64,000 nt of DNA from a virus. This document shows positions 29,418-40,256 of the stretch, one piece after another (position 1 is the first letter of the stretch; every line of letters begins with the position of its first letter). The position numbers were made by a program, and so were the translations under genes. Location of the stretch: the UHGV virus genome UHGV-0312702; one strand, given 5' to 3'. The notes under the pieces are model-generated. The model saw only the letters and a list, made by a program, of their open reading frames with translations, did not search any database and was not told the DNA's origin.

Positions 29418-29864
29418 TTAAACACTTGACGCTGGAATTGTAGAAGTGTAGTCTAGCTTCTCACAACCAAAAATCCAAGTTTTAGAGTTCTGGTCACGAC
29501 CAAGTTCAATCTGCGGTAATTCCTGCAACCAAGCATTAATACCAGTTGCCAGAACAGAGCCTGATGGGTCGTAGATTACGAAGTTAGAAGAGATATCTTC
29601 TTCAAGTTCCATATTGTCTTGTTTAGCTTGAATTGCAGAAAGCATCTGGTTAGAGAGAGAAGTCTGCATTAACTCAATCTCAATAGTACCTGTCTTGTCT
29701 GCATTTCTTGTCAGAGCAACTTGACCACCTGCACCAACAACTGGTGTCACAAGCGGTGATGTTCTCTGTAGACGCAAGAATGAATCTGGGGCAAAGCCTT
29801 CAATGGCAATACCATTCCAGCTACATACAACGTCTTTAGGGGAATATTGCTGATACATAGCCAT
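29418..29864 (-). CDS. putative tail tube protein
   Basis: 148 aa directly after 450 aa gene, followed by terminator. Confidence 0.5.
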   Translation of the reverse strand: MAMYQQYSPKDVVCSWNGIAIEGFAPDSFLRLQRTSPLVTPVVGAGGQVALTRNADKTGTIEIELMQTSLSNQMLSAIQAKQDNMELEEDISSNFVIYDPSGSVLATGINAWLQELPQIELGRDQNSKTWIFGCEKLDYTSTIPASSV

Positions 29865-29879
29865 TCCAATTTACCTCTA

Positions 29880-31232
29880 TTATTCGTAAGCCACTGTACC
29901 TTTCAAGTCAACATCCAAGATAGCCCCTGCTAAGATACCTGCGAAGGTAACATCTTTCAGGATACGAGCTTTCTTGTCTGCCAAAGCAACTTGAGAGGCT
30001 TTAGGAACATTAACTGTGTAAGATGACAGGAAGTTTCTGTTGACTGCTCTTTGTAGAGAGGTTTCAATGACTTGACGAATACGGGTAATACCAGTATCAT
30101 CATAAGTAATCTTACCACCCTTCTGGTTAATTAGCAAGTCTCTCAGAGAAGTTTTCAGGTCTGATTCTAACCAGTCAACGCCACGGACGATATCAATCCA
30201 TTCCCCACCAGAAGTAATCCCTCTACGAACCACTGGAACACCACCATCAAGGTCAATAAAGTTACAGTGACGTACATCTAAAGCAGACTTCTGAATACTT
30301 GTCAGAGGTCTCTGATTAGATGGTTGTAGAGAAGCTGCTACACCAGTTAGCTGAGCATTACCCCAAGCAATTGAACCTGCATCATATGGAGCACCATAAG
30401 CAATGTATGCCATCTCTGGATAGTCTTCTGCTGCTGCGTGATGCCACAAGCAAACTGTACGAGTGTACATATTCTTAGCAAGCTGTGCTGGAACATCATT
30501 TGCACTGGCTAATTCTGTACCTTGCAGGGCTGTTACATCAGAGTTAGCTGTAAAGAAGATTTTCTTGCGAGCCTGAATCTCAGAAGCCATTGCTAAGACA
30601 AACTGTTGAGTTCTGTCTTCTGCTGCAATGAAATACCAGTCAGTAGAGTAAGCTTCGATAGCTGCCAGAGCAGTTGATGCTGTATCGGCAGTTGTACTTG
30701 CAATATACACAGTCTGTGCTGTAGTTGTTACTTTCACAAAGTCATTATCACCAGCTTTGGTAATAATCATTGTGGCAGAGCCATTGCTACCAGTTACGTT
30801 CACAGAAACCTTATCTTTGATTGTTGGGTCAGCTTCAATCTGTGTTTTAAACTGTTGCAACACGTTTTCAGCAGTGTCTTCAGCTTGCGCTGTATACTGA
30901 TATGGTTGAGAAATTCCACCGCCAGCAGCTACAGTAATTGAGTAGTCTGTACTTTCGGTAACAGCATCAGGAATTGATACAGTATACTGCATAGCACGTC
31001 TACCAATATAAAGCTGAGTTACTTTAGGAGTCTGACTCCAAAGTTGTTTAGCAGCCTTATATGCAGCAGTATTCTCATCGAAATCTTCAGCAACTTCAGT
31101 TAAGGAAGTGTAGCCACGCACTCTTTCTTCAAAGTTATCTGTTGAAGCTAAGAATAGTGGCAAACCAAAACCTTCTCTTGTAGTTCCTGCGGTGTTCAAT
31201 GTAATATCTACATTAACAATTGGATTCCACAT
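29880..31232 (-). CDS. putative tail sheath protein
   Basis: 450 aa preceding tube gene. Confidence 0.5.
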   Translation of the reverse strand: MWNPIVNVDITLNTAGTTREGFGLPLFLASTDNFEERVRGYTSLTEVAEDFDENTAAYKAAKQLWSQTPKVTQLYIGRRAMQYTVSIPDAVTESTDYSITVAAGGGISQPYQYTAQAEDTAENVLQQFKTQIEADPTIKDKVSVNVTGSNGSATMIITKAGDNDFVKVTTTAQTVYIASTTADTASTALAAIEAYSTDWYFIAAEDRTQQFVLAMASEIQARKKIFFTANSDVTALQGTELASANDVPAQLAKNMYTRTVCLWHHAAAEDYPEMAYIAYGAPYDAGSIAWGNAQLTGVAASLQPSNQRPLTSIQKSALDVRHCNFIDLDGGVPVVRRGITSGGEWIDIVRGVDWLESDLKTSLRDLLINQKGGKITYDDTGITRIRQVIETSLQRAVNRNFLSSYTVNVPKASQVALADKKARILKDVTFAGILAGAILDVDLKGTVAYE

Positions 31233-31832
31233 TTATTTTACCCCTTTGGAGTCTACATCTAGATGGATAGTATATTCTGGTGGCTCTTGTCCTTCTTCAT
31301 AAACCAACTCACCATCAACAATGACACGCTCAATAATACTTCCACGTTCATCTTTCAGGACTGAATTTTTTACAAGAGTTACAACAAGAGGCGCAGAATT
31401 TTCGAAATCTGTATTGAGATAAGTGTAGTCATTAGGGATTGCTCCAGTGTCCAGCACTGTAGCTCCTGTTTCTTCAAGGATTAAATCTCTGACTGAACTC
31501 ATCTCTAATCGTTGTTTAAGCTCAAGCATAACACTGTGAGCACCTTTACCATTTACCGTAATCAATACAGGAATCTGAAAAGCAATTCTGTAACAAACTA
31601 CATCATCTTCAACAAACTTATCAAGAACCCAACCATAAGGTGTTGCAGCATCTTGACAATATACGGTAATAAATGGCTGGTCAGGTTTTAAACCTTTGTC
31701 ATTTGAGTTATCAGAAGGGTAAGCTCTAATTACGTTTGGTCTATTATTTTTATCACGAGCTAATCTGTGACCAATAACATCCACTAAGGTTCTAACTAGA
31801 CCTTTTTCAAGTTCTGCTGTTTCTAACTGCAT
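31233..31832 (-). CDS. hypothetical head-tail joining protein
   Basis: position. Confidence 0.35.
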   Translation of the reverse strand: MQLETAELEKGLVRTLVDVIGHRLARDKNNRPNVIRAYPSDNSNDKGLKPDQPFITVYCQDAATPYGWVLDKFVEDDVVCYRIAFQIPVLITVNGKGAHSVMLELKQRLEMSSVRDLILEETGATVLDTGAIPNDYTYLNTDFENSAPLVVTLVKNSVLKDERGSIIERVIVDGELVYEEGQEPPEYTIHLDVDSKGVK

Positions 31833-32208
31833 TCATTTTATCCCTTCTAATAATGATATATTCATAATGGGACGTATGGGCTAATTGCTGTGACCAATCC
31901 ATAGTCATAAATACTTCATACTCATGACCATCAATCATAACAATATCAGACTCATTCCACTCTACATCATCTGAAGTTCTAAGTTTATATGTAGTATACA
32001 GGATTCTTGTATCGGTTAGCCTAATACCTTCCGGTAAAGCAATCTGTGTACCGTTCTTTACAGAACCTTTGATATATGGCTGGATATTACCTTTGCAGTT
32101 AACCTCTACAATATCTTGTGAAGCTACCCAATCACCATCATCATTATAATAACCGTCTTCAGAGACTTTACGCTTTACTACAAAGCTGTGTCTGTTTAAG
32201 AGTCTCAT
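31807..32208 (-). CDS. hypothetical head-tail joining protein
   Basis: position. Confidence 0.35.
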   Translation of the reverse strand: MRLLNRHSFVVKRKVSEDGYYNDDGDWVASQDIVEVNCKGNIQPYIKGSVKNGTQIALPEGIRLTDTRILYTTYKLRTSDDVEWNESDIVMIDGHEYEVFMTMDWSQQLAHTSHYEYIIIRRDKMNAVRNSRT

Positions 32209-32687
32209 TTTTTAATACCCTTCTTAGTAGAAATTTTATAAGCAAGGTTATCCCTTAAGTCACCTGTCTCAACAAGAGGTGCATTAAAGCCTTTTTTCTT
32301 GACTGTGGAAGGTGCGTTAGGAGGGAGGATAGCAGAATTACCAAAACCTCTTTTAATTGCCTTCTGAGCATTCTTTGCAAATGCTTCTAAGGTATTTGAA
32401 GGGTCTACGTTGAGACTGCTAAGTTGCTTATATAGATTCTTCTTAGTCTGCTCTAACAAGGTCTGTCTGTTTAGCATCATAGTGATTTCAAACAACCTAC
32501 GATATACTTTACCAGAAGCTGAGGGAACCCCAATAACTTCTTGTAAATACATTAAAGCAGGATAAGAAAAACCAGAGCTATGTTGACCTTGTTCTTGAAA
32601 ATACCCAACTTGAGCATTAGCCGTTTGCAAGTTCTTCATAGCCCCGACTAATTTTGCTCTAGCGGGGTGAATAACCCTTTTAACCAT
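32205..32687 (-). CDS. hypothetical head completion protein
   Basis: position. Confidence 0.35.
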   Translation of the reverse strand: MVKRVIHPARAKLVGAMKNLQTANAQVGYFQEQGQHSSGFSYPALMYLQEVIGVPSASGKVYRRLFEITMMLNRQTLLEQTKKNLYKQLSSLNVDPSNTLEAFAKNAQKAIKRGFGNSAILPPNAPSTVKKKGFNAPLVETGDLRDNLAYKISTKKGIKK

Positions 32688-33136
32688 TATTCATCTCGCT
32701 CGATAATAAATACGCCATTAACACGGTTGCAGTAATCTCTGCCCTCGTATCTGGCAGCATCACCATATTCTGTGTATTTCTTGACAGAGCAAGGATTTTG
32801 ACGACGCATGTCAATATCGCACTGGTTAATACCACCTGCATAGGGTAGTCCTGAAACAGAGCTTTTAACAAGGTCATCATAAACAGCTTTCAGAGATTTG
32901 AATCTGGAAGAGTTACGTAAATAAACACCACCAACCTTCTCATCTCCCATCTTGGCTACTTGAAAGAGTAAATATTTAAGAGCTTTGATGGCTGCTTTCT
33001 TTTCATCCTTTCCAGATTCTAGATAGAACCACTCTAGCACAGACTGCTCAATAAGAATTTCATCATTATTGGTGTCTGTGCAGAGGATTCTTACTCTATC
33101 AAGAGGGTTATTGGCTGGGTCGCCTGTATAACACAT
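32687..33136 (-). CDS. hypothetical protein
   Basis: position. Confidence 0.35.
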   Translation of the reverse strand: MCYTGDPANNPLDRVRILCTDTNNDEILIEQSVLEWFYLESGKDEKKAAIKALKYLLFQVAKMGDEKVGGVYLRNSSRFKSLKAVYDDLVKSSVSGLPYAGGINQCDIDMRRQNPCSVKKYTEYGDAARYEGRDYCNRVNGVFIIERDE

Positions 33137-33157
33137 TCATAACCCTCCTTAAGAATA

Positions 33158-34264
33158 TTATTCGCCTTTAGCATCAGCGCGAACATCTACCAGCAACTGA
33201 GGACGAGTACAGTATGGCAGCATGTAAGAGTGAGCTTCGAAGTCAATACCTTCGTCACGGTCTTTTTCGTATTCGAATACGTACAGTTCCTGACCAAGTG
33301 TATTTGCGTAACCCATCTTAGGACATGGACCATATGCAACTTCGAAGATGTTGTTAGCTTCACCCAGCATAGATACGTTAGGGAAAGCATGACCAACACC
33401 AACAGTGTCTGCTACGCTGTCAATGCTCACCAGAGTGTGAACCTTACCACGCTTGTCTTTGAACTTACCGTTGTACTGGACAAACTTAACACCACCGTAG
33501 TAGAAAGTGTTCATGTGAGCCTGAACGCCGTCAGTACCACCAGTTCTCAGAGAACCAGTAATCTGTTGCCAAGCCAGCGGAGTCTGCTGTGCAAGATAAG
33601 CGTCACGAATCTTAGGATGCTTAGTCAGCTTGCTGAAGAATACACGGTCAACAACTACGTGAATTTCTTCACCGTTGATTACAGTGCCAGTCTTAGCTTC
33701 GTCTTCCATGTGCATACGAAGTTCTTCAATAGAAGCGTCGATGTCAGCATTAGGGTTGTCAAGGTCGAAGTAAATAGTCTTCTTCTCAACGTCGAACTGC
33801 TTGTACAGGTCAGCGTACAGAGTACCACGAGCATCAACAACTTTACCCTTCAGAGCTTGCATGAACAGGAACTCACGAGTAATATCGAACTTGGTACGAA
33901 TCTTCATCAGCTTCTTAGCACGTACTACAGCTTCAGTAGTCAGTTCGTTTGCAGTGCCTGGCTGACGTACACCCTGAATTTCATCAGGAGTAATGCTTTC
34001 AACTTCTTTGAAGTACATCATTGGGAAGCTGATTTGACGAACACGCTCAGGTGCGCTAGTCTCTGCTTTACGGCTGTCACGGTCTACCGCATCAAGCAAG
34101 CTAACATCCCAATCAGTCAAGTCCATAAGGAAAGTAGTTTGGGTGATTGGTGCTGAACGGAACAGACCTAAGTTGGAAATATACCCATAAGTATTTGGGA
34201 TAGACTGGACTTCACCAGTCAGGTCAGCAAGGAAAAATCTGCTTTTTTCAGAATTAGTCAACAT
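33158..34264 (-). CDS. putative major capsid protein
   Basis: 368 aa, follows protease/scaffold and small decoration-like gene. Confidence 0.55.
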   Translation of the reverse strand: MLTNSEKSRFFLADLTGEVQSIPNTYGYISNLGLFRSAPITQTTFLMDLTDWDVSLLDAVDRDSRKAETSAPERVRQISFPMMYFKEVESITPDEIQGVRQPGTANELTTEAVVRAKKLMKIRTKFDITREFLFMQALKGKVVDARGTLYADLYKQFDVEKKTIYFDLDNPNADIDASIEELRMHMEDEAKTGTVINGEEIHVVVDRVFFSKLTKHPKIRDAYLAQQTPLAWQQITGSLRTGGTDGVQAHMNTFYYGGVKFVQYNGKFKDKRGKVHTLVSIDSVADTVGVGHAFPNVSMLGEANNIFEVAYGPCPKMGYANTLGQELYVFEYEKDRDEGIDFEAHSYMLPYCTRPQLLVDVRADAKGE

Positions 34265-34297
34265 TGTAAAATTCTCCAGAATGTCTTATTATTGTTA

Positions 34298-34675
34298 TTA
34301 CAGGCCAGTTGGTACGAAATCAATACCTTTAGCAGCCAGAGCTGTCTTGACTGCATCAGCATCAACACCTGATTCAAGAGTAAGCAGGTCTTTTAGCTCT
34401 GCGTCACGGTAGATACCAACAACTTTCAACTGACCGTGGTAAGACAGTTGCAGGTCTGCATAAAAGTTAACGATACATACTGAATCAGCCTGAGCTTCTT
34501 GCCCTGCTGTAACCTTAGTACCGTCTGCTTTCAGAACTTCACCTACACGGTATTCTGTTGAAGCAACCGGAGTGTACTCTTTACGAGAGTGGCCTGTTGG
34601 GGTAATCTGTTCCCAAAGAATGATATCATTCAGAGGTTCTCTTTTACCTAACTTAGTAAAACCTTGATATGCCAT
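34298..34675 (-). CDS. hypothetical head protein
   Basis: 125 aa between protease and capsid genes. Confidence 0.4.
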   Translation of the reverse strand: MAYQGFTKLGKREPLNDIILWEQITPTGHSRKEYTPVASTEYRVGEVLKADGTKVTAGQEAQADSVCIVNFYADLQLSYHGQLKVVGIYRDAELKDLLTLESGVDADAVKTALAAKGIDFVPTGL

Positions 34676-34686
34676 TATTGTGTTCC

Positions 34687-36033
34687 TTATTTGATAAGAG
34701 ATTTTAGAGCATTCTGGAGAGCCAGTTTGCGTTGTTCAGCGGTGTCTTCGGAAGCATTCTTAGCTGGTTCTTTTTCTTCTTCAACCAAATCAGCTTCGCC
34801 GTCATTACCCACTTCTTCCATAGCATTGGAATGTTCAAGAACAGCACCAGCAGTTTCTTTCAGCTTGGTAATTTCTGATTCTTTTTCTTCCATTGCAGAA
34901 GCATGGGACGCGATAGTTTCATTAAGTTTCTGGTTAGCACCTTCCATAGCATTCATAAACAGAACACTCAGAGGGTTATCAAGACCAGCACCTAAAATAG
35001 TCGTTGCAGCTTCTTTTGCGTCAAATCCAAAAGCTTCAGCAGAAGCAGAAATCTTATTAGTCAAATCTGACAAAGCAGCTTCCTGTTCTTTAGCTTTCAT
35101 TTGAGCAACCTGAAGACGCAAAGCTTCTAGTTCTTGCTTTTCTTGTTCAGTCATTTCTTCACCTGAATTGTTAACGTTTAAACTTACAGGAGCCTCTTCA
35201 GAACCTTGTAAGTAATTTAAGAAATCATCTTGAGACATGATTGAGTTAATTAAACCAAGTTCAAGAGCTTCCTGAGCAGAATAAACATTCGCCTCAGTAT
35301 TCTTTACAGCTTCTTCAGAGAGATTACGCGATTCAGCTACAAAGCCTGTAAAGGTTGCGTAGGTATCATTAATTCTCTTTTGAAGTCTTTCTTTGCTTTC
35401 TTCTGAAAGTGCTTGGAATGGTGAACCCATACCTTTAAACTCACCAGCTTTGATGACGTTAATTGTTACGCCATTCTTTTCAAATGCCTTAGTTAATTCC
35501 TGATGAACCATGATTACACCAATAGAACCAACATCTGCATCTGGTGATGCAATAATTTCTTCAGCAGAAGATGCAAGAGCGTATGCAGCGGAACAAGCGA
35601 ACTCATCTACATAGGCAATAATTTTCTTTTGGCCTCTTGAAGCCATGATGTGACGTGCTAATTCAAAGCAACCTGAAGCTTCACCACCACCAGAATCAAT
35701 GTGCAGAACAATAGTCTTGATTGACTCATCTGCTAAAGCTTCGTCAAAGCCTCTACGTAAACCCTCATAAGAGCTTAAGCCACCTGTACACATTGCATCA
35801 ATGAATGTCATACGATGGGTTAAACCACCCATAATAGGGATAATAGCAATATCATCTTTTACTTTTAAAAGACTTCTTGCTTCACCTTTGGGTTTATCAA
35901 AGTTTACTGCTGCTTGGACATCACCCAGCAATCTGTTATTCACATAAGTTGCTGCTGAGTGAGCTAATGATTCAGTGGCTAGTAAAGGTTGGTTGAATAA
36001 TCTATCAGCAAGTCTGAAGATATTCGAACTCAT
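34687..36033 (-). CDS. prohead protease (S49/SppA-like) fused to scaffold-like C-terminal domain
   Basis: S49-like core GGGEASGCFELARHI...SAAYALASSAEEI...GSIGV; coiled-coil Glu/Lys-rich C-terminus. Confidence 0.65.
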   Translation of the reverse strand: MSSNIFRLADRLFNQPLLATESLAHSAATYVNNRLLGDVQAAVNFDKPKGEARSLLKVKDDIAIIPIMGGLTHRMTFIDAMCTGGLSSYEGLRRGFDEALADESIKTIVLHIDSGGGEASGCFELARHIMASRGQKKIIAYVDEFACSAAYALASSAEEIIASPDADVGSIGVIMVHQELTKAFEKNGVTINVIKAGEFKGMGSPFQALSEESKERLQKRINDTYATFTGFVAESRNLSEEAVKNTEANVYSAQEALELGLINSIMSQDDFLNYLQGSEEAPVSLNVNNSGEEMTEQEKQELEALRLQVAQMKAKEQEAALSDLTNKISASAEAFGFDAKEAATTILGAGLDNPLSVLFMNAMEGANQKLNETIASHASAMEEKESEITKLKETAGAVLEHSNAMEEVGNDGEADLVEEEKEPAKNASEDTAEQRKLALQNALKSLIK

Positions 36034-36044
36034 TTTTACTCACC

Positions 36045-36377
36045 CTATTTGTTTAAATCTACAGAGACTGAAGAGATAACATAGATACCTTCTTCAGCAA
36101 AGAATTGAGGTTTGCTAAGAGCACCAGTTGCCACGCATTTATCGTTAGCATCCCACAAGCTATAGTGTGAGACCGTTGCAGAAGCTGGAACAGTAATATT
36201 AACTGTGTCTTCTGAGGCAATTAAGCCGTTATCCGGTTCAGAAAAATAAATAGCCACTGGCTGAGTAACCTTATTTGCTGTAGGGTCTGCCGTTGGGTCT
36301 ACATTGTGTAAAATAATAGTCGTTGGGGTTAGCGTGGCGAGGATTTTATTCTTACCATCAATAGTTAATGTTCCCAT
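36045..36377 (-). CDS. hypothetical protein
   Basis: 110 aa. Confidence 0.4.
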   Translation of the reverse strand: MGTLTIDGKNKILATLTPTTIILHNVDPTADPTANKVTQPVAIYFSEPDNGLIASEDTVNITVPASATVSHYSLWDANDKCVATGALSKPQFFAEEGIYVISSVSVDLNK

Positions 36378-36877
36378 TAATTAAACCTTACTTTTTGTTT
36401 AAGGACTGTTGAATGGTTACCAGATTCATCTACCACATTTACAATCATATCATATACTTTACCTTTGACAAGTACTTTGTAATCATTTTGTGAAAAAATG
36501 TATTCAAGTCTGTTTGTTTCTTTATTAACTGTCATTGGAGATTGAAATGCAGTGTCGAGGGTAATGAAAGCGGCTTCAATGCTATTAACATTGATACGTT
36601 TATTCTCGCAGTTATATAACTTTACACCCAAAAGGCATGAACTGTCAAATGGAATTTTAACAATTTCACTACAATTTCCTGAAATAAACGATTTTCCACT
36701 CATTGGTGCATCAAGTAACCTACAAATAGTGAAAACGTCAGAGGTTCCACCATCACTAACATAACCTGAAAGGTTGACCCTTGAGCCAACCTCTACAGAT
36801 AACTTGTCAGTGATGATAAGAACACCTCTATACGAATGCACTCGTGTAGCATTTGAAATAGAGATAACTTCAGCCAT
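36377..36877 (-). CDS. hypothetical protein
   Basis: 166 aa. Confidence 0.4.
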   Translation of the reverse strand: MAEVISISNATRVHSYRGVLIITDKLSVEVGSRVNLSGYVSDGGTSDVFTICRLLDAPMSGKSFISGNCSEIVKIPFDSSCLLGVKLYNCENKRINVNSIEAAFITLDTAFQSPMTVNKETNRLEYIFSQNDYKVLVKGKVYDMIVNVVDESGNHSTVLKQKVRFN

Positions 36878-38352
36878 TATTTATTTGCCTTATTTGCTGT
36901 GCTTGGGTCTTTCGCTGAAGGTGTCTTTGCGGTACCTTCTCCAGCGGTCTTATAACCATCTCCTGAGCGGCTTTGGCTATTTGGAGAAAGTTTCTCAGAT
37001 ACTGGCTGAGACTCATCAGCAGGAGGAAGACCAATATGCTCTCTAAGCTTGTTAGATAGTTCCTTATCAACTTCCAAAGCACCCACTGCAACAGTCTTCT
37101 GAATATAAGAACCAATTACTTCAAGGTCTGGAGTTTCGATATCATCATATGTAATCTGCACATGTTCTTCATCATCCCACATATTAAGAGCATAAGTCTG
37201 TGCAACTAAATCGCGGTTAATTACGTTCTTAATTTGCTTCAGCAGAATATCTACTGACATTGCCAGTAAGCTTGTCTTAGAATCTGCAAGAGAGAATGAA
37301 CCATATTTTGACTGACCCATAGCAAGAACATCTGACATGAATGCCATCATAATCTGCTTGGAATATCTGTCAATAATAGAACCTGTGTCATATGCTTTAG
37401 CACCCTGTCTAGAAACTAATGAGAACTCAAAAATATCCTCTTTAGTATCTGGGTCGATATATCTAGGCCAGATTAAACCTGCTCTATCATTAGCAATCAT
37501 GTCATTGACAACAGTTTTGCAGTATTGTACGAAAGCTTTCTTTTCAGGTTCTGCGTTTTCATCGAGATAATCTGGTGGCAAACCAATCTTTGGCATACCT
37601 ACCAAGTCTCTTGAAACACCAACAGCTTCATACTCTTCAATCTGTACTTTATACTTCCACGGTACATAGGCATTAAGTAATGGTGAACGACCTTCTGGGT
37701 TTCCATATTCATCATCATACTTAAACAGCATGAATTTAGCTCGTGGAAGTTTTCTTGTTAGTGGTCTTTCTCCGAGATTAATTGCTCCAGCAATATGTGA
37801 AACATTTCTCAGATTCTGTCTAACACCAGTAACTTTTCTAAAGTCTTCGTCAAAATACCACTTATCAAGTGTTGACTGGTTTCTGATTGGTAATTTAGCC
37901 CATCCAATTAAACCGTCATCAAATTTTGACTGGTACTTTCCTTTCTTACCCTGACGTTTCTTATAAACCTTTTCATTAACACAGAACCCATAAGTGCAGA
38001 ATGACATTACAGAATTAATAAAATCTGCCCAATCATGCTCCATGTCATCCATTAAAGAATTAAAGAAGTCTGCTCTTTCAAGCATTTTAGGGTCTTGCTC
38101 TTTTCCCTTTGGAGGTACGAATCTCCAGTTGACTTTTCTGACAAACATCTTAATAATATTTACAGATGCTGCTACAGCAGGGTCACGCATCATTAATTGG
38201 AAAGTTTTAATACTTTCAGGGAACCTTAGTGCCTGACGAGGTTCTTCATAGATTCTTCCATTCTTAACCTTCAGACCCAAAGAACCTACTTCACCCATTC
38301 TAAATGGTGGTAAGCTTTCTTGTGTTTCTGTAATATCTGCCATTCTTCTCAC
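36877..38352 (-). CDS. putative portal protein
   Basis: 491 aa immediately downstream of large terminase. Confidence 0.6.
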   Translation of the reverse strand: MRRMADITETQESLPPFRMGEVGSLGLKVKNGRIYEEPRQALRFPESIKTFQLMMRDPAVAASVNIIKMFVRKVNWRFVPPKGKEQDPKMLERADFFNSLMDDMEHDWADFINSVMSFCTYGFCVNEKVYKKRQGKKGKYQSKFDDGLIGWAKLPIRNQSTLDKWYFDEDFRKVTGVRQNLRNVSHIAGAINLGERPLTRKLPRAKFMLFKYDDEYGNPEGRSPLLNAYVPWKYKVQIEEYEAVGVSRDLVGMPKIGLPPDYLDENAEPEKKAFVQYCKTVVNDMIANDRAGLIWPRYIDPDTKEDIFEFSLVSRQGAKAYDTGSIIDRYSKQIMMAFMSDVLAMGQSKYGSFSLADSKTSLLAMSVDILLKQIKNVINRDLVAQTYALNMWDDEEHVQITYDDIETPDLEVIGSYIQKTVAVGALEVDKELSNKLREHIGLPPADESQPVSEKLSPNSQSRSGDGYKTAGEGTAKTPSAKDPSTANKANK

Positions 38353-38359
38353 CTAGCTA

Positions 38360-39976
38360 TCAACGTCTAAGCCCCTCATATGGGTTTCCTCTCACTAAGT
38401 CTGTGTGAGCACCCATTGATGGTGGCTTGAATAATTTAACTTCGTTAAGACTGTTGAAAGCATCACTGGTAGCATCCACTTGGTCATCTTTAGTTTTACC
38501 ATCACCACAAAAGCCTTCAAGCTCTTGGAAGTAAGCTTCATTCCAACTACCTCTCAAGACTTTTACAAGCCCAGCTTCAGAAGCAGCAGAAAACCCCGCA
38601 AATCGGGTAACTTTGTCTTTGTTTGTTGGTTTAGCTCTTGCTCGATAACCTTTCTCGGCAAGTTTCCTGATGAGGGATGTTGCGTAGGATTTACCAGCAG
38701 CGCCTGGGTCTTGAGGGATAAAAATACCAGTTCGCTTACCGTCACTTTCAGCAGTCAAATTAATTTGTGTTTCGACTCCAGAGGGTCTATCTCTAAATCT
38801 TACTACATCAATGATATAATAGCAACCGTCTTTTTTAGATTTACCCATCTTAACACCTGCTGTCCAGTCTGGATTAGGGTTAATCTCAGATGGTAAAGTT
38901 GCTGCTAAGTCCCATGCCCTGACATCGAATACGTCTTCTGGGAGTGAATCAACAATCTCACACCACTGTCTTTGCCAATAGTTTGAACCTTCTGCACGAG
39001 CCTTCCAGTTACCGAAACGAAGTCTTGCAACGTTTACAGGAGTGTTGTTTTCCAACTTACCACGATACTTTGGTTCTAAGAAGTCAAGAATTGGGTTATC
39101 ATCAATCGTACCGGAGATGAAGGTGTATGTTTGAGGAATCTCAAGAGGGAACATTTCAAGAATCTTGTCTCTTTCCCAATCAGAAACCATCACACCATCA
39201 TTCATCACATACCAACGAATACGACCACACTTTTCAGGGTCTGGATAACCTTCTTCATCTAAGAATGGTTCTACCCAATCATAAATAAAATGGTCCCTGT
39301 CTGGGTTCATGGAAATCTTCATGTATGAGTCACCTTCAGCACCAGAACGTAGACGAGTCTGTAGGTATGAAATCTGTGAAGCAGAGAAGTGTGTACCTTC
39401 GTCAAAGTAAATAGCTGAGTATTCAATACCCTGATGACCTTCAGCGTGCTTTTCAAGTTCTAGGTAGGTAAACTTGATAGTTGCCCCAGAAGGGAATGTG
39501 ATAGTCATCTTCTGCTCGTGAGGAACCCCACCAAACTTACCAAACAGTTTCTTTGCAGCAGGCCACAAACCACCTTGTAACTGTGTCGTATTTCGACGGA
39601 AATATACAGCATTATAATTAGGGTCTTCAATAAATCTTAAAGAGTCCATTAATAATGCAGCAGTTTTACCAGCACCAGCAGCACCACCATATAGAACCAA
39701 GTCAGCATTGGTGTTTAAAAAGACCTCTTGAGAACCCGGCTGAGGGGCTACATAATTCTTATCAGTCATTAATTTGAAGATAAGTCTAACTTGGTCTGGT
39801 GTGTATCTTAATAAAGTCAGAATTTGAGTTGGAAGGAATTTAGAGGGGTCTTTACCGAATGATTTAATAATTTCTTTTACTTCATCAGAAAGCCCCAACT
39901 CTCCAGCTAGGACTTTCCTAACATCTTCCACTCGCTTCTGCTTAACAGCGTTTAAGTCCATTAAGCACCTCCGCAA
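38360..39976 (-). CDS. terminase large subunit
   Basis: Walker A LYGGAAGAGKT, Walker B-like AIYFDEGTHF, C-terminal nuclease-like region. Confidence 0.85.
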   Translation of the reverse strand: MRRCLMDLNAVKQKRVEDVRKVLAGELGLSDEVKEIIKSFGKDPSKFLPTQILTLLRYTPDQVRLIFKLMTDKNYVAPQPGSQEVFLNTNADLVLYGGAAGAGKTAALLMDSLRFIEDPNYNAVYFRRNTTQLQGGLWPAAKKLFGKFGGVPHEQKMTITFPSGATIKFTYLELEKHAEGHQGIEYSAIYFDEGTHFSASQISYLQTRLRSGAEGDSYMKISMNPDRDHFIYDWVEPFLDEEGYPDPEKCGRIRWYVMNDGVMVSDWERDKILEMFPLEIPQTYTFISGTIDDNPILDFLEPKYRGKLENNTPVNVARLRFGNWKARAEGSNYWQRQWCEIVDSLPEDVFDVRAWDLAATLPSEINPNPDWTAGVKMGKSKKDGCYYIIDVVRFRDRPSGVETQINLTAESDGKRTGIFIPQDPGAAGKSYATSLIRKLAEKGYRARAKPTNKDKVTRFAGFSAASEAGLVKVLRGSWNEAYFQELEGFCGDGKTKDDQVDATSDAFNSLNEVKLFKPPSMGAHTDLVRGNPYEGLRR

Positions 39977-39982
39977 ATAGAA

Positions 39983-40183
39983 TTATTCAGAGTCTGTAGC
40001 AGTCTCTTCTTTCTTAACTTCGAACTTTGCATCAACAGCATCAAGAAGTTCATCCATAGATGCTTCTTTGATATCGATACCAGTGGCTACAGATAGTCTG
40101 TCTGCAATTGCCATGATAGTATTCTGCATAAACTCTAACTTCTTGTTAGCTTCATAAAGTTCTTTATAAACGGTCTCGCTCAT
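39983..40183 (-). CDS. hypothetical small protein
   Basis: 66 aa acidic ORF upstream of terminase. Confidence 0.4.
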   Translation of the reverse strand: MSETVYKELYEANKKLEFMQNTIMAIADRLSVATGIDIKEASMDELLDAVDAKFEVKKEETATDSE

Positions 40184-40215
40184 TATGTTTTCTCCAAATA
40201 ATTAATTTTGTTTCT

Positions 40216-40256
40216 CCTTAAAAAAGACGGCACAGAGACCGTCAAGGAGAAACCAC
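40216..40256 (-). terminator. palindromic hairpin with T-tract, putative terminator/attenuator
   Basis: TTCTCCTT...GACGG-cacagaga-CCGTC...AAGGAGAA; minus strand reads hairpin + TTTTTT. Confidence 0.4.

Noticed and set aside
33230-34156. 308 aa ORF (+) antisense within the major capsid gene
   Set aside because: Fully contained antisense to a long well-supported CDS in an AT-rich genome; no RBS; other antisense ORFs in the track (for example 6540-6962, 21243-21770, 38480-38896) are rejected for the same reason.
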